Assembly: GCA_035692425.1 (NCBI GenBank)
Contig: DASSHZ010000004.1
Coordinates: 4,461 to 68,460, forward strand
Direction: 5' to 3'
Length of the DNA stretch: 64,000 bases
Origin: Nocardioidaceae bacterium
Lineage (GTDB): Bacteria; Actinomycetota; Actinomycetes; Propionibacteriales; Nocardioidaceae
The translations under genes were made by a program, and so were the position numbers. Numbering within the stretch: the first letter of the stretch is position 1; each line of letters opens with the position of its first letter. The notes beneath the pieces are model-generated. The model was not told where the DNA came from and made no database searches. It saw only the letters and a program-made list of their open reading frames with translations. Below are positions 56,324 to 64,000 of this stretch, piece after piece.

Positions 56324-57253
56324 TCAGGGGAGGGCGGACCAGGCGATCCCGTCGAGGATGTCGCGCACGGAGCAAAGCAGGGTGGGCAGCCCCACGCGGG
56401 CGGTCACCCGGTCGAGGATCAGGGCGCCGGCGGCGATCACGTCCGCCCGGTCCGGGTGCATGAACGGCAACGAGCGCCGCTCGGCGACGGTCATCTTCAC
56501 CACCCGCTGGATCGCCCCTTGCAGCTCGGCCAACGGCAGGGGCGCCAGGTCGACCCGCGCCCGGTCGTACCTGGTCAGGCCGAGGACCATGGCCGCCATG
56601 GTGGTCACCGTCCCCGCCACCCCGACGGCCGTACCCATCCGGTCCAGCGGCAGCTTGACCGTGTCGAGCGCCGCGTCCACGTCGGAGACCAGCGACTCCA
56701 CCTGGGCGGGGGTGGGCGGGTCGCTGTGCAGGTAGCGCTCGGTCAGGCGCACCGAACCGACGTCGAGAGAGGTCCCGACTATGTCGCGCCGGCTCGCCGG
56801 GCGGGTGACGAGCTCAGTAGAGCCGCCGCCGATGTCGACCACCAGCAGCGGCCGGGCGATATCGCGGCGGCCGTCGAGCTGGCGGGTGGCGCCCGCGAAC
56901 GTCAGCCGCGCCTCCGCTGCCCCGCTGATCACCTCCGGGGCGGTCCCGAACCGCGCGAGCACTCCGTCGGCGAACTCCGCCCGGTTCTCCACGTCGCGGG
57001 CGGCAGAGGTGGCGACGAAGCGGCGCCGCTCCACGTCCAGCGAGTCGACCACACTCGCGAACCCGTCGAGCGCGGCGAAGGTCCGCTCCAGCGCGGCAGC
57101 GGAGAAGACCCCAGTGCGGTCGACGTCCTGGCCGAGCCGCACGATCGTCGTACGGCGGTCGAGCTCGGCCTCCGAGCCGGTGTCCGGGTCGAGGTCGGCG
57201 ACCAGCAGGCGCAGCGTGTTGGTGCCGCAGTCGACGGCGGCGACTCGCGTCAC
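56324..57253 (-). CDS. ppx: Ppx/GppA-family exopolyphosphatase
   Basis: [14 protein letters not shown] and [10 protein letters not shown] motifs. GTGA overlap with the DUF501 gene. Confidence 0.85.
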   Translation of the reverse strand: MTRVAAVDCGTNTLRLLVADLDPDTGSEAELDRRTTIVRLGQDVDRTGVFSAAALERTFAALDGFASVVDSLDVERRRFVATSAARDVENRAEFADGVLARFGTAPEVISGAAEARLTFAGATRQLDGRRDIARPLLVVDIGGGSTELVTRPASRRDIVGTSLDVGSVRLTERYLHSDPPTPAQVESLVSDVDAALDTVKLPLDRMGTAVGVAGTVTTMAAMVLGLTRYDRARVDLAPLPLAELQGAIQRVVKMTVAERRSLPFMHPDRADVIAAGALILDRVTARVGLPTLLCSVRDILDGIAWSALP

Positions 57254-57768
57254 CTCGCCGCCTCGGAGCCGGGTACGGCGACGCAGGCGCCCGGCTGCCA
57301 CCAGCGCGCCAGCATGGTGAGCGCCTCGTCGCCCACCGGGTTCACCCCCGGTCCCGCGACCAGCGAGTGCGCGACCAGGGCGTGCAGGCACTTGACCCGG
57401 TCCGGCATCCCCCCCGCGGACACGTCCGCGATCTCGGGTACGTCGCCCAGCTCGACCCGGTCGGCGAGATACGCCCGGTGGGCGGCGCGGTAGCCGGCGC
57501 GCAGGCCCTCGTCCGCCGCCAGCCGGCGGGTCAGCTCAGCCATCAAACCCGCGGCCTCGAGCGCGCTCACCTGCGACACCGCCCGCGGGCAGGTCAGGTA
57601 GTACAGCGTCGGGAACGGTGCACCGTCGCTGAGCCGCGGCCGGGTTTCGACCACGTCGGGGAGACCGCAGGGACACCGGTGCCCCACCCCGGCCAGGTCG
57701 CGCGGCGGCCGGCCCAGCTGGGCTCTGACGGCCCGCGCGTCAGGCTCGGTGAGCGGGCCGACGCTCAT
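57250..57768 (-). CDS. DUF501 domain protein
   Basis: CPCGLPDVVET...FPTLYYLTCP pattern. ATGA overlap with the ftsB-like gene. Same position as Rv1025. Confidence 0.8.
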   Translation of the reverse strand: MSVGPLTEPDARAVRAQLGRPPRDLAGVGHRCPCGLPDVVETRPRLSDGAPFPTLYYLTCPRAVSQVSALEAAGLMAELTRRLAADEGLRAGYRAAHRAYLADRVELGDVPEIADVSAGGMPDRVKCLHALVAHSLVAGPGVNPVGDEALTMLARWWQPGACVAVPGSEAAR

Positions 57769-58370
57769 CCGCCGGTGCGCAGCCCGCGGTCGGTGAGCTT
57801 CGCCGGCGGGTGGTGGCGCGGCCGATGGGCGTGCTTGCGGGCGTGGACCGGCGGCGTGCCGGCCGCGGTGACGCTGTCGAGCACCGGCTGCCACCACTGG
57901 ACCTTCTCCGCCGGGTGCCGTACCGGCGTCGACAGCTCGTTCGTGCGACCGGCCAACACGCGCCCCTCGGGTCCGATGACCCGATACCCGGTCTGGCCCG
58001 GCAGCAGCCAGCCGAACCTCAGCCGGGCCTGCTCCTCGACGTACGCCGGATCGTGCCAGCGACGCTGCTGCTGTTGCAGCCCGGCGATGGCGACCTTGCG
58101 CTGCGCGATCTGCGCGTTGAGGTCGTTGATCTCGCCCCGCTGGCGCAGCCAAGCGCGGGTGCTGGTCGCGTAGGACACCGCCAGCACCGCGAGCACCAGC
58201 AGCAATACCGCGGCCCGGCCGGTCAGCCTCGACCGCGTGCTCGAACGACGTGGAGCCGGCTCGTCGGGGACCCGCGAAGTCCTCCGGGTGCTGGTCGGCA
58301 GCCCCCCCGAGCGCAGCCGCGCCGGGGTACGGCGAGGGCTGGGCCGGGAGGGCCGCTGGCGAGCCGCCAT
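57765..58370 (-). CDS. Septum-formation initiator (FtsB/DivIC-like)
   Basis: Arg-rich N-terminus, one TM, and coiled coil EINDLNAQIAQRKVAIAGLQQQ. Lies directly downstream of eno. Confidence 0.75.
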   Translation of the reverse strand: MAARQRPSRPSPRRTPARLRSGGLPTSTRRTSRVPDEPAPRRSSTRSRLTGRAAVLLLVLAVLAVSYATSTRAWLRQRGEINDLNAQIAQRKVAIAGLQQQQRRWHDPAYVEEQARLRFGWLLPGQTGYRVIGPEGRVLAGRTNELSTPVRHPAEKVQWWQPVLDSVTAAGTPPVHARKHAHRPRHHPPAKLTDRGLRTGG

Positions 58371-58375
58371 GCCGC

Positions 58376-59707
<1,332 letters not shown>

Positions 59708-59774
59708 CTAACCGGGCATCCGCCACCGGTTGAGGAGGCCGCGCGGACGCCGCCGGTCCGGTCGGCCCGGGCGG

Positions 59775-60482
59775 TCAGCCGCAGAGCTCGGAGGCGGGGG
59801 TCCCCGGTGGCGGCGTGTCTGCTGCCGCCGCCTGCTTCCAGGCGAGCGCGGCCGACGAGACGGGGTCCGACAGCGAACCCGAGGCGCGGACGATCTGCGT
59901 CCCGTTCCACTTGCCGTACGAGGGGTTGACGGCGACGTTCTGCCGCCGGGCGTAGTTGTCGAGGTAGCCGCGCGAGGCCTGCTCCTCGGCCGGCGTCGCC
60001 TGGTCGGCCGAGGTCACCTTCGGGTTCTTCAGGTGCGCACCGATCGCCGCCTCCTGGAGCTGGGCCCGAGCGGAGGCGGTGAAGTACTGCCGCAGCAGCT
60101 GGGCAGCCGACGAGTCGAGGCCGCCGGGCAGGTTGATCGACGACGCCAGCTGCGACATCGCCGCCTGGTGGACGGTGAGCCCGAGCGCCGACGCCGCCCG
60201 GCCGTCGAGCTCGAACTGGATCAGCGAGTTCGCGATCGCGGACCGCAGCGCAGCCACGCTGGTGGAGGGGCTGTTGCCCCCCTGGGCGATCCGGTCGAGG
60301 CGCGTGAACTCGCACGCGGCGAGCACGAGGTTGTCGACGTGCCCCTCGGTGATCGTGGTGCCGTCGACGACCGCGGCAGCCCCGGGGTGGAAGCCGACCC
60401 CACAGCCGGCGACGGCCGAGACCACGGCTCCAGCGACGAGGACGCCACAGACTCGGCGCCGGCTCGCGATGCGGAACTTCAC
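59775..60482 (-). CDS. Lipoprotein (SurA-N-like/LpqU-position protein)
   Basis: Lipobox AVAGCGV. GTG 60482 overlaps the mfd stop (GTGA). Confidence 0.6.
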   Translation of the reverse strand: MKFRIASRRRVCGVLVAGAVVSAVAGCGVGFHPGAAAVVDGTTITEGHVDNLVLAACEFTRLDRIAQGGNSPSTSVAALRSAIANSLIQFELDGRAASALGLTVHQAAMSQLASSINLPGGLDSSAAQLLRQYFTASARAQLQEAAIGAHLKNPKVTSADQATPAEEQASRGYLDNYARRQNVAVNPSYGKWNGTQIVRASGSLSDPVSSAALAWKQAAAADTPPPGTPASELCG

Positions 60483-63400
60483 TGCTGGGCACTCCTCATG
60501 GCGATGTCCTCGATCACGCGGTCGGCCCAATCTAGTACGGCGGTACCGCGCAGCGGCTGGCCCCCGACCCGGGCCGTCTCCGGCGACGGCACCAGCATGG
60601 TATGGGACTGGGCCTTGACGACGCTGCCTGGGTACAGCCGCGACAGCCGCACCTGCACCGAGTCGGGCAGCTGCACCGGACTGAAGCGGACGAACTTCCC
60701 CTGGGTGGCGACGTCGGTCAGCCCGGCCGCCCGGGCCCGAAGCCTGAGCCTGGCCACGGCAAGGAGGTTCGACACGGGCGCCGGCGGCTCGCCGTAGCGG
60801 TCGGTCAGCTCGGCGGTGACCTCTTCGACCGACTCGGCGGTGCGCAGCTCCGCCAGCCGCTTGTACATCTCCAGCCGCAGCCGCTCGCTCGGCACGTACT
60901 CGCTCGGTAGATGCGCATCCACCGGGAGGTCGACGCGCATCTCCGGCTCCTCGACCGGACCGGTGCCACGGAACTCGGCCACGGCCTCCCCGACGAGTCG
61001 CACATAGAGGTCGAAACCGACCTCAGCGATGTGACCCGCCTGCTCGGCGCCGAGCAGGTTGCCGGCGCCGCGGATCTCCAGGTCCTTCATGGCCACCGCC
61101 ATGCCTGCGCCCAGGTCGGTGTGCTGCGCAATCGTCGCAAGGCGGTCGTAGGCGGCCTCCGTGAGCGGCCGCTCGGGCGGGTAGAGGAAGTAGGCGTAGG
61201 CTCGCTCACTGCCCCGCCCGATCCGCCCCCGCAGCTGGTGCAGCTGGGAGAGCCCCAGCAGGTCGGCACGCTCGGCGATGAGGGTGTTCGCGTTGGCGAT
61301 GTCCAGCCCGGACTCGATGATCGTCGTACACACCAGAACGTCGTAGGCGCGCTCCCAGAAGTCGACCATCACCCGCTCGAGCTGGTGCTCGTGCATCTGC
61401 CCGTGCGCGACCGCCACCCTTGCCTCCGGCACGAGCTCGCGGAGCCGTCGCACCACCCGGTCTATGCTCTGCACCCGGTTGTGCACGTAGAAGACCTGGC
61501 CGTCGCGCAGCAGCTCGCGCCGGATCGCCGCGACCGCCTGCCGGTCGTCGTACTGGCCCACGAACGTGAGCACCGGGTGGCGGTCCTCCGGCGGCGTCGT
61601 GATCGTCGACATCTCCCGGATCCCGGTGATCGCCATCTCAAGCGTGCGCGGGATCGGGGTGGCGGACATGCTGAGTACGTCGACCGCCGTGCGGAGCCGC
61701 TTGAGAGCCTCCTTGTGCTCGACGCCGAAGCGCTGCTCCTCGTCGACCACGACCAGGCCGAGGTCCTTGAAGCCGGTGCCGTCGCCGAGCAGCCGGTGGG
61801 TCCCGATCACCAGGTCGACGCTGCCGTCGCGCAGCCCAGCCGTCACCGCTCGAGCCTCGGCGTCGGTCTGGAAGCGGCTCAGCGCTCGGACCACGACCGG
61901 GAAGCCGGCGAACCGCTCGGTGAACGTCTGCAGGTGCTGCTGCACGAGCAGCGTCGTCGGCACGAGGACCGCCACCTGCTTTCCGTCGAGCACCGCCTTG
62001 AACGCCGCCCGAACGGCGATCTCGGTCTTGCCGTAGCCAACGTCGCCGCAGATCAGCCGGTCCATGGGGACCGGCTGCTCCATGTCGCGCTTGACCTCCT
62101 CGACGCTGGCCAGCTGGTCGGGGGTCTCCACGTACGCAAAGGCGTCCTCCAGCTCACGCTGCCATGGAGTGTCCGGCCCGAACGCGTGGCCCCGGGTCGC
62201 CTGCCGCGCCGCGTACAGCTTGATGAGCTCGGCGGCGATCTGCCGGACGGCGCGGCGCGCGCGGCCCTTGCGCCGGGCCCAGTCGCCCCCGCCGAGGCGG
62301 TCCAGGGTGGGCTGCTCCCCACCGATGTAACGGGTCACCTGGTCCAGCTGGTCGGTGGGGACGAAGAGCCGGTCGGGCGGATGGCCCCGTCGGCTCGCGG
62401 CGTACTCGATGACCAGGTACTCGCGAGTGGTGCCACCGATCGTCCGGCGCACCATCTCGACATAGCGCCCGACCCCGTTCTGCTCGTGCACCACGTAGTC
62501 GCCGGAGGTCAGCTCGAGGGGGTCGACCTGTCGCCTGCGCCGCGACGGCATCCGCGCGACCTCCCGAGCCTCCGGCCGCTGACTGGCGAGATCGGCGCCG
62601 GTGAGCACGACGAGGTCGAGGGAGTCCATCACGAAGCCGTGCGCCAGCCCCCCCAGCGCGATCTCGACCGTGCGCTCGGGGGCCACGTCGGGCAGATCGG
62701 GGTCGAAGATCGCCGGGACGCCCTCGTCCCGGAGCAGCTCGACTAGCCGCTGCCCCGGACCGGGCGCCTCGACCACCAGCACGACCCGGCTGCCGGCGCG
62801 GACCGCGGCCGCGACGTCGTGCAGGGCCCGCTCGGTGTCGCCCCGGTAGGTCTCCGCGGGACGGGCCGCCAGCACCAGCGTCTCGACCGACGAGGTGGTG
62901 TCCACGTCGGTCGAGACGACCTCCCCGGTCTCGGTCCGGACCGGGTCGGGCGCCGGGTCGGGCCCGGCCAGTCCGAACGGCGACACCGACCACCAGGAGG
63001 TGCCGGCCGCCAGCGCAGCGGTGCGCACGTCGCCGAGGTCGCGATAGGTGGCCGCGTCCAGGTCGATCGGGGCGGGCCCACCGCTGGCTGCCACCGCCCA
63101 GGACGCCCGCAGGAACTCCCGGCTCGTCGCGACCAGGTCGTGGGCCCGGCCGCGCACCCGCTCCGGGTCGCAGACCAGGACGAGACTGCCCGTCGGAAGC
63201 AGGTCGACGAGCATCTCCATGTCGTCGACCAGGGCCGGCGCCAGCGACTCCATCCCCTCCACCGCGTGCCCGTCGGCGATCTTGTCCAGCATCTCCCGCA
63301 GCTCCGGGTGGCTGTCCGCGAGCTGCTGGGCGCGTTTGCGGACGTCGTCGGTCAGCAGCAGCTCCCGGCACGGCGGGGCCCAGAGCCCACTCGGCTCGGG

Positions 63401-64000
63401 CCCCAGGGACCGCTGGTCGGCGACCGCGAAGCGGCGGATCTCCTCCACCGTGTCGCCCCACAGCTCGACCCGCAGCGGGTGCTCCTCCGTCGGCGGGAAC
63501 ACGTCGACGATCCCGCCGCGGACCGCGAACTGCCCGCGTCGCTCCACCATGTCGACCCGCTGGTACGCAGCACCGGCCAGCCGGCGTACCAGCTCGTCGA
63601 GGTCCACCTCGTCGCCCTCGCGCAGGGCCACTGGTTCGAGGTCGGCGAGGCCCTTGACCTGCGGCTGAAGCACCGACCGCACCGGGGTGACGATCACCCG
63701 GACCGGCGGTCCGCCGTCTCCGTGCACCAGCCGCCGGAGTACGGCGAGTCGGCAGCCGACCGTCTCGGCGCGCGGCGAGAGCCGCTCGTGCGGCAGCGTC
63801 TCCCAGGCGGGGTAGCCGACAACCGAGCCTGGCTCGAGCAGGCTACGGACGGCAGCCTCCACCTCGTCTGCCTCCCGAGTGGTCGCGGTGACCACCAGGA
63901 CGACAGGCGGCGCGTGCTCCGCGGCGGCCAGCACCGAGGTCACGACCGAACGCATCGCCCGTGGGCCGACTACGTCGATCGCGGTGGCGAGGGCGCCGTC
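60479..64000 (-). CDS. mfd: Transcription-repair coupling factor Mfd (5'-partial; reading frame stays open to the window edge)
   Basis: PAWETLPHERLSP, DVGYGKTE (Walker A), VVDEEQRFG (DEEQ) and TRG-region motifs. The 15 in-frame codons upstream of ATG 63955 contain no stop. Confidence 0.95.
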   Translation of the reverse strand, partial: DGALATAIDVVGPRAMRSVVTSVLAAAEHAPPVVLVVTATTREADEVEAAVRSLLEPGSVVGYPAWETLPHERLSPRAETVGCRLAVLRRLVHGDGGPPVRVIVTPVRSVLQPQVKGLADLEPVALREGDEVDLDELVRRLAGAAYQRVDMVERRGQFAVRGGIVDVFPPTEEHPLRVELWGDTVEEIRRFAVADQRSLGPEPSGLWAPPCRELLLTDDVRKRAQQLADSHPELREMLDKIADGHAVEGMESLAPALVDDMEMLVDLLPTGSLVLVCDPERVRGRAHDLVATSREFLRASWAVAASGGPAPIDLDAATYRDLGDVRTAALAAGTSWWSVSPFGLAGPDPAPDPVRTETGEVVSTDVDTTSSVETLVLAARPAETYRGDTERALHDVAAAVRAGSRVVLVVEAPGPGQRLVELLRDEGVPAIFDPDLPDVAPERTVEIALGGLAHGFVMDSLDLVVLTGADLASQRPEAREVARMPSRRRRQVDPLELTSGDYVVHEQNGVGRYVEMVRRTIGGTTREYLVIEYAASRRGHPPDRLFVPTDQLDQVTRYIGGEQPTLDRLGGGDWARRKGRARRAVRQIAAELIKLYAARQATRGHAFGPDTPWQRELEDAFAYVETPDQLASVEEVKRDMEQPVPMDRLICGDVGYGKTEIAVRAAFKAVLDGKQVAVLVPTTLLVQQHLQTFTERFAGFPVVVRALSRFQTDAEARAVTAGLRDGSVDLVIGTHRLLGDGTGFKDLGLVVVDEEQRFGVEHKEALKRLRTAVDVLSMSATPIPRTLEMAITGIREMSTITTPPEDRHPVLTFVGQYDDRQAVAAIRRELLRDGQVFYVHNRVQSIDRVVRRLRELVPEARVAVAHGQMHEHQLERVMVDFWERAYDVLVCTTIIESGLDIANANTLIAERADLLGLSQLHQLRGRIGRGSERAYAYFLYPPERPLTEAAYDRLATIAQHTDLGAGMAVAMKDLEIRGAGNLLGAEQAGHIAEVGFDLYVRLVGEAVAEFRGTGPVEEPEMRVDLPVDAHLPSEYVPSERLRLEMYKRLAELRTAESVEEVTAELTDRYGEPPAPVSNLLAVARLRLRARAAGLTDVATQGKFVRFSPVQLPDSVQVRLSRLYPGSVVKAQSHTMLVPSPETARVGGQPLRGTAVLDWADRVIEDIAMRSAQQ

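Overview
High-GC (sampled lines ~70-73% G+C) chromosomal segment from a mycothiol-using actinobacterium (Actinomycetota); genus not determinable by eye. No rRNA, CRISPR array, transposase or integrase was seen. Many long ORFs in the track are antisense or out-of-frame shadows typical of high-GC DNA, so most starts were trimmed to internal ATG/GTG/TTG codons, often supported by 4-bp ATGA/GTGA stop-start overlaps. Layout: (1) 60-1290, an SRPBCC protein and a Doc/RHH toxin-antitoxin pair with a tandem palindromic operator. (2) 1458-12338, a pentose cluster: araBDA plus a CUT2-type sugar ABC importer, a LacI regulator, divergent xylAB, and a near-ideal LacI operator upstream of araB. (3) 12651-21914, core genes: secreted phosphoesterase, mca, DUF4307, greA, ilvA, marR-MFS, metB, msrA. 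(4) 21948-50394, a ~29-kb cell-envelope block sitting between metB and cbs. It holds an LCP ligase, Wzx, Wzy-like and Wzz-like proteins, two GT4 glycosyltransferases and FIVE separate sulfotransferase-like genes, plus glycanase-like lipoproteins. It also holds a ~1.5-kb low-GC islet with two orphan secreted/membrane proteins, a three-module fusion (degenerate PAP2 / kinase-like / MprF-flippase-like membrane domain), a CFA-synthase-like methyltransferase, a serine hydrolase and a beta-helix lipoprotein. (5) 50781-64000, core genes: cbs, SGNH hydrolase, DUF4287, one tRNA, ndh, family-4/5 UDG, ppx, DUF501, ftsB-like, eno, a lipoprotein, and mfd (5'-partial at the window edge). The strongest novelty candidate is the sulfotransferase-rich Wzx/Wzy locus, which I infer builds a multiply sulfated glycopolymer. 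All functional calls rest on by-eye motif recognition of the translated ORFs; no database search was run.
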